DNA of 63,728 nucleotides, counting the filler, from Octopus bimaculoides (Eukaryota): assembly GCF_001194135.2 (NCBI RefSeq). It is 4 parts of 4 records of this genome, joined end to end, with 100 filler letters (N's around TTAATTAATTAA, not from the genome) between each part and the next. Parts side by side here need not be neighbours in the genome. Positions count along the whole stretch, not along the records: positions 11,712 to 21,195 come from NC_068983.1; positions 21,296 to 52,114 come from NC_068985.1; 2 more parts are not named here. The stretch is one strand, 5' to 3'. Below the pieces are notes generated by a model. It was given only the letters and a program-made list of their open reading frames with translations, was not told the origin of the DNA and did not search any database. Of the stretch, positions 11,712 through 24,649 are shown piece after piece (the first letter of the stretch is position 1; each line of letters begins with the position of its first letter). The position numbers and the translations under genes are program-made.

Positions 11712-12373
11712 AGTTTCATAAGTTTTATAAACACAATATATATATTTTCATGATCTACTATAAATTTCATGCGAAGAAATCAACTCAGTCACAAGACGTA
11801 AAAAAAATGCTCATTCATCCGTTTTCATCGCATGAATCGGATAGTAGCTCGTCAAAATATATATTGTTTTACCATGTAACTAGCAGTATAACCCAACGTT
11901 GTCCGGGTGTGACTTATTACGCCACCTACGATAAGTCTTGCTAGGTGAAAATCAACTAAAAAAGAAAGCCTTACAATGAAAAAACCCTTATGATGTAAAT
12001 ATGTTCATAATTCAAAAGACGAAATTAATAGGGGAAGTCGGAAGGCTGTTTTGCGTAACATTATTAAGTGTACGTAAATTGCATCCGCCTAATTGGCTAT
12101 ACAAATGCTTGCGCAAAACAACTTTTTGCGCTGCCTTGATTACACATAGCAGGGTAATTCCTTTTCGCAGGAGGTAGGACGGCAATATCAGATTGGGCAG
12201 TAGATGATGATGCACCGTTTTGCACTATGTTCAAAGTAACTTCTGGAATGTGGTGAACTGCAGCAGTCTGTTGCTGTCTTTTTAAACGGAGGCATAATCT
12301 ATGTACATATTAAACAGAACAACAAAAGTTATAACAGATGGGAGGGTCGGTAGTTTTCACAATTCGGTGATTT

Positions 12374-12521
12374 TTCAGATTAACACCCGCATGATTACGC
12401 AACCCTAACCTTAAAACCGTAACCGTAAGACTAACCCTCATCGTAACCCTAAAACCGTAACCCTGACCCAAAAACCGTAACCCTAACACCCTAGTGAAAA
12501 TTGTGTGGGTGTTAATCTGAA
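12374..12521. mobile_element. MITE-like unit: 18-bp inverted repeats enclosing degenerate telomeric (CCCTAA/CCGTAA)n
   Basis: ttcagattaacacccgca (12374-12391) vs tgtgggtgttaatctgaa (12504-12521), 17/18 complementary. Confidence 0.6.
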
Positions 12522-15500
12522 TAATAGTAATAATGACCTCTGCAGATCAAACTCCCAACCCACAACTAAGTCTCAAGTGCATATATATATGGGCAACACA
12601 CACACACACACACACATACACACACACACACACACTAAATAAAAAAATGTTAGTAAGTACAGAACTTCAGCATTATATATTAAGATGGGCAACACACACA
12701 CACACTAAAAAAAATGACAGGTATGTGTATGTGTGTATTAATGTGTATACTGTGTTTATATATGGTAGTAAGTAAATGCGTTTTAAGAAAGATATTAAAA
12801 AAATTCAGTTTGTAAGNNNNNNNNNNNNNNNNNNNNNNNNNNNNNNNNNNNNNNNNNNNNNNNNNNNNNNNNNNNNNNNNNNNNNNNNNNNNNNNNNNNN
12901 NNNNNNNNNNNNNNNNNNNNNNNNNNNNNNNNNNNNNNNNNNNNNNNNNNNNNNNNNNNNNNNNNNNNNNNNNNNNNNNNNNNNNNNNNNNNNNNNNNNN
13001 NNNNNNNNNNNNNNNNNNNNNNNNNNNNNNNNNNNNNNNNNNNNNNNNNNNNNNNNNNNNNNNNNNNNNNNNNNNNNNNNNNNNNNNNNNNNNNNNNNNN
13101 NNNNNNNNNNNNNNNNNNNNNNNNNNNNNNNNNNNNNNNNNNNNNNNNNNNNNNNNNNNNNNNNNNNNNNNNNNNNNNNNNNNNNNNNNNNNNNNNNNNN
13201 NNNNNNNNNNNNNNNNNNNNNNNNNNNNNNNNNNNNNNNNNNNNNNNNNNNNNNNNNNNNNNNNNNNNNNNNNNNNNNNNNNNNNNNNNNNNNNNNNNNN
13301 NNNNNNNNNNNNNNNNNNNNNNNNNNNNNNNNNNNNNNNNNNNNNNNNNNNNNNNNNNNNNNNNNNNNNNNNNNNNNNNNNNNNNNNNNNNNNNNNNNNN
13401 NNNNNNNNNNNNNNNNNNNNNNNNNNNNNNNNNNNNNNNNNNNNNNNNNNNNNNNNNNNNNNNNNNNNNNNNNNNNNNNNNNNNNNNNNNNNNNNNNNNN
13501 NNNNNNNNNNNNNNNNNNNNNNNNNNNNNNNNNNNNNNNNNNNNNNNNNNNNNNNNNNNNNNNNNNNNNNNNNNNNNNNNNNNNNNNNNNNNNNNNNNNN
13601 NNNNNNNNNNNNNNNTGATTGGCAGTGTGTCTTTTTATTTGACTCTCACTCTCCTTCATTTCTTTGTCTTTTTTCTTGGATCATTCGTAAACGTTCATAA
13701 GAGAAAGTAGCAATTGAAACGATGTGTAAGAGGAATAGAAATAGTTAATTTGAGAGGGGCAAAGTAATTTTGTATGTACTTTTAGTATGTGTCATTACAG
13801 TATCGAAATGTGATTTGATACTGAAATAGTTTTCTTTTTCTCCTTCCTTTATTTTTGTATTATTTGTTGGATTGTTCGTAAAGGCTCATTAAGAGAAAGT
13901 AAGAGTTGAAAGGATTTGTATTAGAAAGAGGAAATTAGATTTTATTAGGGAGAACATGTTTACTTGTGTAGTTTTAAGGATTTTATTCGCTATTAGAAAT
14001 TTCTGGGAGTGAAAAAATGACGCAGTGACTTAACTTATTGTATTTAGAATATTAACTGCGATTGTTTAATCGAAGAAATTTGGAATTGTGTAAATGTATA
14101 AATTTTAAACATACACACACACAGAGAAATTCTGCCTTTTATAGTATAGATATCTATCTCTCTCACGAGAGGGAGTATTTCTTCTTCATCCTATCAAGGA
14201 ACAGAACGTGCGCGCGTGTGTTTATCTCTCTGTGGAGAAGTGTGGGGAGGTGCATGGCTGTTTGTGCGTGTGAATGCATTCAAGCGTGTGCGTGTATTTT
14301 GGTTTTAGTTGTGCTCCTATCCGTTAAATATATTAGGACTATCCGATTCGAGTATGATAAACACGAATTTGTCAATGTATGAAGGATCGTAACCGCATGA
14401 GAAGTAGATAATAATATATTATATCTTTTTGAAGGATTTTCAGAAATTCATCGAAAACATTTGAAAAATATTACTTAAGATTTTGTCACTCGGTGCTGCG
14501 ATTTGCTCTAGTCACCTCTTCCGGAAATATACCACTATGTCGTAAAAACATTTTTAACGACATGGCGGTATATCTTGCTATGTATTAATACTTAGATATT
14601 TGTTTACTTGTGGCTTAAAAAATTGAGGGTTAGAAGTTAAAATTATTTTACGATGAATGATCGCACACTAGACTCACCTACAAATATTCATCATATTATG
14701 TATAACTTATTTTAAATTATCTATATCGACTTATCAAGTAGCTCATCCTACACCTTTTTGCGCACTTCATAGTGTATATACAATGAAGTTTCCCATGCCT
14801 CAATTTTTTGCTTCTACACAAATCCGAGTTTGTCTAGATAGTTCATTCTAGCTTAAGTATTTTGCTTCTTATACCGTTTTGCACCGGAACACGCTACACC
14901 AAACTCCGACCTTCTTGAAAATCAATGTGTCCTCTAAATCACGATCTGGTCTGCCAGCAAACCTAATTACAGTTCGCAAGGAATTAATGTTTGTTAATTT
15001 TGGGGCTCGAAATTACTTTGCTGATATCAATACATGTGTGGTTTGAGTGGTTTTCTTTTTGTTTTTTCTGCATGAATGTGCTTTATATTAATGACATATT
15101 CCATATATATTAATTTGAATTGTTAAAATGAAAACCGAATCAATTTTTGGAACGTATATTGGGAAAAGAATTCGAAGAAAGAGAATTACAATTACCTAAC
15201 TGTTTAATAGTCATCTACATTTTTATTGTTTTGTTTCATTTCTGAAGATAAATTAATTGGTTTTGAAATCACCATTTTAATTACACATTGTCATTAATAT
15301 ATTTTGAAATATGATGATGTGGCTGAACATTTCATGTCTGGTGACAGCTCAGTCTAAAATAGTTTAACAGTTGTCATAAGTTTGTTACACAAAGAAAAAG
15401 GAATCTATTTCGAACATATTCCATAAATTATTATCTTGTAGATCTCATATATTAACTTATTCTTAGCAATTTTCCTTCAAAAATTTTTATCACCCAAATA

Positions 15501-15756
15501 TATAATTAACTTTTTTAAAATTGCAAGTGAGAATTATAAGTGCAGTCTGCTATTCACCTCTGTATTATATTTGTTGTAAGATGTTAATTATTCAGAAGTA
15601 CGAACCCAGATCCCAAACTATGAGGCACATTCATACTCAAAATTGAAATCTGTATTACAGTTACAACGCTCCCATCTAGTGCCTCGTCCTATGTAGAAAA
15701 TCTGAAGTTTGATTATTGTATTGCAATACATAATTTGCAATATATACTCTGTTTGT

Positions 15757-15820
<64 letters not shown>

Positions 15821-15904
15821 CTTATAATTTGTTTACTTCTGATTCTAGCTTCTGTGAGCAAGTTATGTTTTGCAATGTGCAAAGTATAGACATAAATATA
15901 TATA

Positions 15905-16008
15905 TAGTAAGCATGTATAAGTCCTGCGGTCGATTTCCTCCACTAAAGGCGGTACTTCAGCATTGCTGCACTCAAATGACTAAAACAATTAAAAGAGTAA
16001 AAGAGTAT
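15905..16008 (+). mobile_element. SINE family A 3' tail fragment
   Basis: ataagtcctgcggtcgatttcctccactaaaggcggtacttcagc...aaaagagtaaaagag. Confidence 0.8.
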
Positions 16009-16039
16009 ATCATATATATGTAGATATTAAAAGAAAATT

Positions 16040-18075
16040 TAATTCTGGTTATTGAGTTAGAGGTTTCCTATCCACGAAAGCCATAGCCTTGTGAATAGGT
16101 CATCAGACACTATACAAACACAAACAATTTAAACGTTCTATCACACGGACGTGAGGAAACGCCCAGATATCAAGATATAAGGCCTAATATTATGAAAACG
16201 TTAATGAGGACGGGTTGACGTCCTTTAATGAGAGAATAGAAAACAACTTACAGACGCGTAAACATCTAACCAGCAAACGGTGAGGCGCAGTTTTCCAGTA
16301 GGTAGCGCTTAAAGTGGACACATTTAGAGAAAACCTCTTTACGACTATTTAAGTATAGTCCTTTAGTATAGTCCTTAAGGTTTTTGGTTCTCTCCGCGAT
16401 GCAGGTTTGGCAACAGACACTCCCATTAATATACAGGCCTGGATGTTCTATTATTTTTCACCTGATCTCACATTGGGTCCTTTGATCTTTGAGGTGAAAC
16501 ATTTGAGGCCGGCCAAGGATGTGAGAAAACGTCTATCTGGGACTCCGAAGGTTGATTGTTGGTTGCTGAAACGACATTTCAAAGATGTACTGGCCGATGC
16601 GATATATTTACAAACTTGTGATGTGGCCAGACTCGCACTCCTCGTATATCTTTGGTAGGCTCCGGGCCTGGAGTTGCTGTGATAACACCGTTGCTAACGC
16701 TGTCGATATTATGCAATGATCCGGTAGTGTTATCGCTGTAGTTATCATTTCAGGTCATATGGTTGCCGATGAGCTGCCGGCGTTAGTGCGGGCGCGGCTG
16801 GTGGTAACATATGGTAGGAGCCCGGTCATCATATCTGTGTCGATGATAATTGTTTGCTTATCATCTGTGGTGGTGCTGGTACTGTAAACGCTGGATACCT
16901 TCTCTATGTCACTGGTCCTGCAATGGTCATCATCTCTAGGTGTGGCGATTGTACTGGTGGTAACATATGTTGTGGTTACTTTATGTGTATTGAAGATAAT
17001 GGTTGTTTCATCATTTGTGGCGGTGGTACTGGATCGCCGGTTACCTCCTCTTTGTCGCTAGTCCCGGACTGGTCATCATCTCTGGCTGTAGCGATTGAAC
17101 TGGCTTAAGACTTGGTTAATCTGCTAATATTGCTTTTGGATGGCTCCTTGCTGATAATGGAGTTACCAGGTCTAGGTGTCAGCGAAGATTCATAGATCAC
17201 GCCTTCAGACTCACATCGACTTCCTACTCTAATATTATATAATAATATTATATTATTATATACCCTGCAAGAACACCTTACCTCCTTCCTTGTATTGTGG
17301 GTGCTTTAAAATAATTTTTTATGTTAGGTGAACAACTAAAGGAAACTCTTGGGTCCTATTAAATAATTGCTTGTGTCTATATCTGCGTGTGAAAAGTTTA
17401 TCTAATAATCTAAGAAAACTCTTCCAACACAAGTCTTGACATTGAACCAGAAAGGTGGAACAAGCAAAATAAAGTTTCTGCGGCGCTTCCTTTTCCGGGT
17501 GTTAGGGTCAGGCATGTAGGGGATGCGATCTTGTTATCCACACGATGCCAGTGCCTCGTCGTTGCAGGCAGCAGCCGAGTCGAAAATATCTTGGCTACAG
17601 GATAGATTCGACATCCTTCACTCGGCTCTTGACAACTATAGGAGGATGGCAGGAGGCTGTGCTAATATAGGACAGCTTCGCATTTGGCTTGTGATAGAGC
17701 CTGTATGTATCGGAACCCAGATCTAAAATACCATCTAAGAAATCTACTATGGTGAGATTAGTCTCAATTGTGATCGTGAGTTCCATTGAGCCTAGAGCGC
17801 GAATTAGGTCCTGTCTCAGCCTGTCTAGTGTGTGCCCGTTGGCTCCTCTAGAGATGGCTATGAATTCATTTAGGTACAGGCTGAACAGGACCAAAGGAAA
17901 CCTCTTCCCTAAGATATTGGCGCTGTCATATGCTCCCATAACCACATGGCTCAGATTGCTTGACTCATGCCGAATATTTACTAAACATCACCGTCTTCCT
18001 TGCATGCATGATGACGCTAATATCACTAATATCTGTGAAGCCTTTAGCAAAGGATAGTGCCTTCATCAACACTTC
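16040..18075 (-). mobile_element. Decayed Penelope-like retroelement (RT, linker, GIY-YIG endonuclease, 3' tail)
   Basis: Minus-strand peptides across frameshifts: ALSFAKGFTDIS..VIMHARKT, MGAYDSA, IVDFLDGILDL..YRLYHKPN..YISTASCHPP, RRRNFILLVPPF..NVKTCVGR, VSFSCSPNIKN, IYE..KYIAS..SLKCRFSN..CQTCIAE..LNSRKEVFSKCVH; this domain order is typical of Penelope-like elements; left of the gap at 18158-18848. Confidence 0.9.
16050..16114 (-). ncRNA. Type I hammerhead ribozyme-like fold at the 3' end of the Penelope-like element
   Basis: Minus strand: tatagtgt CTGATGA c CTATTCAC-AAGGC-TATG-GCTTT-c-GTGGATAG GAAA cctc TA actcaata; intact core, 13-bp stem II, stem I 6/8 pairs, degenerate stem III. Confidence 0.65.
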
Positions 18076-21000
18076 TTTTGAAGTGTCTTTACATTCAAGA
18101 TGTGTGTGGGTGTGTGTGTGCGTGTGTGTATGTAAATATACATATATATATATATATNNNNNNNNNNNNNNNNNNNNNNNNNNNNNNNNNNNNNNNNNNN
18201 NNNNNNNNNNNNNNNNNNNNNNNNNNNNNNNNNNNNNNNNNNNNNNNNNNNNNNNNNNNNNNNNNNNNNNNNNNNNNNNNNNNNNNNNNNNNNNNNNNNN
18301 NNNNNNNNNNNNNNNNNNNNNNNNNNNNNNNNNNNNNNNNNNNNNNNNNNNNNNNNNNNNNNNNNNNNNNNNNNNNNNNNNNNNNNNNNNNNNNNNNNNN
18401 NNNNNNNNNNNNNNNNNNNNNNNNNNNNNNNNNNNNNNNNNNNNNNNNNNNNNNNNNNNNNNNNNNNNNNNNNNNNNNNNNNNNNNNNNNNNNNNNNNNN
18501 NNNNNNNNNNNNNNNNNNNNNNNNNNNNNNNNNNNNNNNNNNNNNNNNNNNNNNNNNNNNNNNNNNNNNNNNNNNNNNNNNNNNNNNNNNNNNNNNNNNN
18601 NNNNNNNNNNNNNNNNNNNNNNNNNNNNNNNNNNNNNNNNNNNNNNNNNNNNNNNNNNNNNNNNNNNNNNNNNNNNNNNNNNNNNNNNNNNNNNNNNNNN
18701 NNNNNNNNNNNNNNNNNNNNNNNNNNNNNNNNNNNNNNNNNNNNNNNNNNNNNNNNNNNNNNNNNNNNNNNNNNNNNNNNNNNNNNNNNNNNNNNNNNNN
18801 NNNNNNNNNNNNNNNNNNNNNNNNNNNNNNNNNNNNNNNNNNNNNNNNGACCTTTGCATGTCCTGTTTCAATATATCATTATATAATAATTGCTTGAAGT
18901 TGTTCGTACATTCAGGTTAAATTTCCCGGCAGAGATTTTAATCGTCAGCATCAAGCCAAAAGTAACCACATGTTTATTGCATTGCTACTTTAAATAAAAT
19001 AATTTGTAAAGCACTCCCGCTTATATCATGGAATAGCCAAGTGAGCAATGTAAGAAAACATATATTCAAATATTTTTTTGATAAACAGAAAATGTTAGTT
19101 TTGTTTCATACACGTTGATTCGTATAGTAATTAGTTTCTGTTTTTTTTTTATAGTTGGTATTTAATCATAGGGCTGTTGTCTTTCGTCAAGCAATGCCAT
19201 CTGCGCAGATCTTAGTTTTGCTTCAATCACTGGATGACAAAATGATTTACATTGAAAACGAATTTTACATTTGATTTCAATATTGAATTTATTCTTTCTC
19301 ATTGACTTTCTCATCACTTTCTGTTTTGTATGCGACATTACCTCAGGCTCACCCATTCTGTTTAATTTCAGTCTTCTGTTGAATTTGGAAAGTCTGTTTT
19401 TGTTTGTTTTTAAGAATCAGTTAATTGACCTACAGTTTGAGATTTCTTATTTTCTTCTCTTTGTATTATTTTTGTTTTCTTCCAGCAGACATTGTTGTAT
19501 TTGTTCATCTTTCCATACATCTTTCCAAATGCATCATGAATTCTGAGACCTTGGGATTCCTAGGTTGTTTCTGTATGTATGCAATATTAGTTGCATGCGT
19601 TCCCGGATATGTTTGAACAACCATGTACAGCTTTTAGATTAGGTGTTCCTTTATGACCCAAAGCGTGTTATTGGACAAATTTTCATTATCATACCCGGCT
19701 TTCTAATACGGTTAAATTGGTGTTGATGTTCGTGTTCCCTTTAGTATAATAGAATATCCATAATGCCTGCGTAAATGTTACTAGTATTTGATACGCTTTC
19801 CCTCTCAGTAGAAAGTTTCACTTTCTTAAAAGCGCCTCATCATCTGTGTTCATTTTGATATGTTATTTTTAAGTTCCTTTATTTAAATATCTTGTTTCCG
19901 TTATTGATGTCATGATTATAATGGGAAAATCGCGTGGTTTTATTTCTTTTCTTATAGTCTTGTGGTATTTGCAGACAGATATATGGGATTATTTTGTCTG
20001 CACATCATTTTCAGGAGACAAATATTCGACATGGACAATAATAGTTCTATGTACTACGTATTATTTTGGCAGCTGCAATTTGTGTTATTCCATTTCAGTT
20101 AGCATTGATATTAACTGCCTCAATGGTATTAGGTTTATCGGTGGACAAAATGTTATCCACTACACTAATTATTTTTAAAGACAAACACATTAAAATAGAA
20201 AATATTATGCCATGTCAACACAGATATTCCAAGATAAACAGATATATATATATTGAAAAATACGTTTAAGATAATTATAAAAAATGTATTACATGAAAAA
20301 TTTGCAGATATAACATCTCTTAGTTTGCTGTAGTGACTTGAATCATATCTAATATTGCTAACCATTAACATTAATGATTTAGTCACTATTTCCTATGTTG
20401 GAAATATGACGTGAATATGATGTGAATGAATGCAGTCATAAGATATGGAAAACGGTGGTCACAGCTAGGAAGAATTTCGTCCTCACTCCAATGCTTGTTG
20501 ATTTTTTAGCACAACATTCCCATAGGAGATGGTATCTCAGGATGAATACTGCACGTATTATAAACATTAATTATGATATATAGTTGGATATTTAGTTTTA
20601 ATACTGCAAACTGGATTTATAACCACAATAGTATCGGTAACAACAGTGAAGGGAGCATCGACACAAGTACAAAGAAATGAAACGATGTATTACATTTAAA
20701 GTCAAATATTGGATATGAACCGGTTTGTGAAAATAGTAAATTATGGACAGCATACTTTTTAAAAGACGGAACCTATTTTCCCGAATTCGTTACTTATCAG
20801 GAAAGGAATTCTGTCGATGGGAAGTACAGAGTCAAAGATAATCGACCGAAAGAGAAAAACGAATTCTGCTTGATATAACAAGTAGCTACTGGAATTTGCA
20901 TTGAGTAACTCAAATGGTATCTAACTGATGAAGTTCTCAGTTTGTCAGAACAGGATGTTGAGGAAATAACAAATGTGTGTCAGGTATATAAACAAAATTT

Positions 21001-22234
21001 ATGAGACTGTATAATAAAATATCCAAATATTGATTTTAAAAGTATCATGTGATTAGTACATCCGATAAATTAAGTGCCAGTTGTGTAATAGTGTCGATGT
21101 AATCGACTTGCCCCGTCTTCAAAAATATCAGGTCTTGTGCCTATAGTAGAAAGGATTACTGTTATTGTTATTGTTATTATTATAGATCGGAAGAGNNNNN
21201 NNNNNNNNNNNNNNNNNNNNNNNNNNNNNNNNNNNNNNNTTAATTAATTAANNNNNNNNNNNNNNNNNNNNNNNNNNNNNNNNNNNNNNNNNNNNTTTTA
21301 CACATGCCTTACTTAGGGTCCCGGTTGTGTTTTAGTCAAAAAAATGTTTACTTCTTGCATAGTTCGAGCCCACAGCAACATAATATCTCCTCCATTATTT
21401 AAGTATTACGTGTCAAAAGTGAAACAAAAACACTCATGTCAAATACTTTCACTTTAAAAATGAAACTTTTCCACTATTTCAGTATCAAAACTGAAACAAT
21501 CACATTTCGATACTGTAATTTTGTGGGGATTAATTTACACTGCATACGAAAATACAGACATATCACGGTACGTTATTAAACACTCACAGATCTACGCATA
21601 CATACCTGACGACTGACATGCGCGAAGTGTCAATACGAAATTTTATTTTCATTTCCTCTAAAACAATACACATTTACTGTTCCATTACCGAATAATAATT
21701 ATCGCAGCAGTTGCAAGTTTGGCAGGTAAAATATAAAATTCTTTGTCTCTCTGTACAAGGGTTTCTATTTCCTTAATTTATACTGCATACAGAAGTACAG
21801 ACATACTATATACGGTACGTTATTAAACACACACACACACACACACATACACACGCATACACATCTACACATACATATACATACCTGACGACTTAATTTT
21901 TTTATTAACCATGCAGGGTCGAAACACAGAGGGAACAACACAAGGACAGAAAAAACAAATAAGTGGAGGAAAAATATAATCGAACAAAAAGAATGGTAAT
22001 GATAAATCAAAAGGTGGAATGAGGTCATCTCGAACCCCACACTCCAGTTAACGTCATTGAACGTTTTTAGAAAAAAAGAAATTTGACACGTGTTATTTTA
22101 TTTTTGTCTCTTTCTCCTTGTGGTAAATATTTTTTCTAACTGTATTTGCTTGAAAAAAACATACTTTTCTTTATATTAAGCAATTCATTATAATTACTTT
22201 TACGATGTGCCTAAATAAAACCATCGTTATAGAT

Positions 22235-22335
22235 CAGCATTTCTCAATCTTTTTCGCGATTTGGCGTCCCTTAGACATTGAAAACATTTATTTCGGCTCC
22301 CCTGTGTTGATGAAAAATTTAATTCAGCTTCCCAT
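22235..22335 (+). mobile_element. hAT/Charlie-like MITE end
   Basis: Begins cagcatttctcaatcttttt, resembling CAG.GTTTCTCAACCTTTT hAT termini; partner TIR not found. Confidence 0.35.
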
Positions 22336-22360
22336 GTATCTGAGATAGCCCGGCCGGCCC

Positions 22361-22443
22361 ATGACAAATCTTACAAAAAGGGGATCCGCAGAACTACCAG
22401 CTCATGAACTGCATCTGAAAGTTGGCACGCCAATCATGCTGCT
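22361..22443 (+). mobile_element. Helitron Pif1-like helicase fragment
   Basis: NLTKRGSAELPAHELHLKVGTPIML resembles the G.PPH.L.LKVG.PIMLLRN helicase motif; cut by a gap. Confidence 0.7.
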
Positions 22444-22889
22444 NNNNNNNNNNNNNNNNNNNNNNNNNNNNNNNNNNNNNNNNNNNNNNNNNNNNNNNNN
22501 NNNNNNNNNNNNNNNNNNNNNNNNNNNNNNNNNNNNNNNNNNNGTCGATTTGTTCGACTAAAGGCAGTGATCCAGCATGGCCGCAGCCAAATTGACTGAA
22601 ACAAATAAGAGACTAAGAGAGTATACATACATATTTTAATGCAAAGCTGGCATATCATTTTCCTTTTCAATTACATATAGGTCGTTCAAACTGCGCGTTT
22701 TGGTAGATTATCACTTTGTTGGGCTATTGGTGATGGAGGAGGTGGAGAGGCAAGGGGATGTTATTCTCCCTGATTTTGTGGAACGTTGTCGTACCGTGAA
22801 CACATGGGCCATACATTGGCACACTCAAAAACTTAGAAAATGTATTAAAAGGAAGTGACCGAACAAGAACCCGTAAACGATCCATACTG

Positions 22890-23285
22890 ACTATGACAAT
22901 GCGCGACTGCACACATCTTTGGCAACATATCAAGCAATTAACAATTCGGGCTGGTCAGTGATCATCCTTCAACTAAAGAGCCCGGATCTGGCGGTTCTCC
23001 AACTCCCAAAAGTTCAATAATTTATGCTGCGTAAATTAATTTTTTTTTTTTTTAATGTTAATACATAAAATACCATTTTTAAAGACTTACTAGTAAACGG
23101 GAACATGCTACTGATGAGGTAGCGAAAAGTAATGAAAAGTAAATGTGCGCAATTTGCTTCTAAAGTAAGCTAAAACTAACGGCTATCAAACGTCAAAAAT
23201 CATAACATTGACAAAAGTCATCCAAAATAATCGTAATTCTATCTATTTGCAAGAAAACGAAATTACTTTCTTGCTAACCCAATAT
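22890..23285. mobile_element. mariner remnants (DDD-region peptide and a TIR-like end)
   Basis: YDNARLHTSLATYQAINNSGWSVI..SPDLA on + at about 22890-22995; ttctttgctaacccaata-type mariner TIR ending near 23285. Confidence 0.6.
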
Positions 23286-23644
23286 TATAGGCACAAGGCC
23301 TGAAATTTACAATACCAGTTAGTGGACCTTATGACTTCTGATCTTAAGTGATTGAAAGTATTATCATATACATGTTTTGATTTGGTGTAAAAGATGGGCT
23401 ACAGCAAATATTCTTCTCGATACCACAGATTTGTTTATCAGCTGCTTGACCTTAACCAGCTGAGCATGTTCCTCAGTGGCTGATATGTGCATCTCTGATC
23501 AAGAGCGGGAGTAAAGGGGGGGGGCATCATATCCATGTGTTGAGAGGAATCCTTTAGGGTTTGAATAATTCACCCCTGAAAACATGGGTGTTTCGTTCAT
23601 CGTCCATAAACAAATCTCATTCAGGGACCTTTTGCGTGAGACAA

Positions 23645-23900
23645 TATGAGAAATATAGAGAAAATGGCAAAGTACTAGGACCTAGCCTTGAGTTATAGAG
23701 ACTATGAAAAGTGCGGGTAAAATGTATCCCTGTAGTTATAGGTACATTAGAAACTATCCCTGAAGATTTGAACAGATGGTTAGCGGATATAAGCATGAAA
23801 CCTAATTTAGCACAGCTCCAGAAAACTGTTATTAGGGACAGCTAGAATATTTAGGCGGGTTCTTGACATCTAAGGTTACTTGTTGTAGCCCGATGTGAGG
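23645..23900 (+). mobile_element. 3' end of an R4/Dong-like (RLE) non-LTR retrotransposon, copy 1
   Basis: EK.AKY.DLALEL.RL.KVRVKCIPVVIGTLETIPEDL..LQKT.LGTARIFRRVL, a restriction-like endonuclease C-terminus. Confidence 0.75.
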
Positions 23901-24399
23901 AATTATTTTTTTCCAATAGTTTAATCTGTTGTGCGTATACGAAATAATAACAATAATAACAGTAATAGAAGTGAAATAGAATCAGTGCGTGTGCTTATTA
24001 TTGGCTGAATGACCTTCCGAGATACAAGATTTGTTTCAACATACGAGTTCACATCAAGAATTTTGCTAAGCAAATATAAATTCGAAACATTTCTGTAAAT
24101 AGACTTTTTTTAGTTCACACACAAACCGCGACAAAATGCTTTATTTTGCAATATAGTTCGTTGCGAGTTGAAAACTGTTTGACTCCCGCTGTGTGGAACG
24201 TAAGCAATTGTGCTTGCATAGAAATGAGTTTCGTTTTCACTAACGCTGTTTTTGATATGTGATATATTTGGGACCTCCATGAAAAGTCTTCAGAAACGGG
24301 AAAAAAAAATTGAATAAGAGAATGAAAGGAAGAACAAAAATAGAACCATCAAATACAAAACTAAATTCAAAATGGGTAGTAGTAATAATGATAATAACC

Positions 24400-24612
24400 C
24401 TTTCTACTATAGGCACAAGGCCTGAAATTTTGGTGGGAGAGGATAAGTCAATTACATCGACCCCAGTGTTCGACTAGTACTTAATTTATCAACTTCGAAG
24501 GGATGAAACGCAAAGCCGACCTCGGCAGAATTTGAACTTAAAATGTAGAGCCAGACGAAATACCGCTAAGTATTTTGTCCGGCATGCTAACAACTCTGCC
24601 AGCTCACCGCCT
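24400..24612 (-). mobile_element. SINE family B
   Basis: Reverse complement matches 4842-5080 head and central domain. Confidence 0.85.
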
Positions 24613-24649
24613 TATTAATAACTGCCTTTACAGCCACAAAAATGTTGAT

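Noticed and set aside
19140-20270. Short ORFs and coding-like minus-strand sequence
   Set aside because: Multiple stops in all frames and no recognisable motif; may be an old TE but unsupported
23105-23135. CTGATGAGGTAGCGAAA hammerhead-like core
   Set aside because: No stem I or III pairing; GCTAC/GTAGC forms a competing hairpin; lies in mariner-derived sequence
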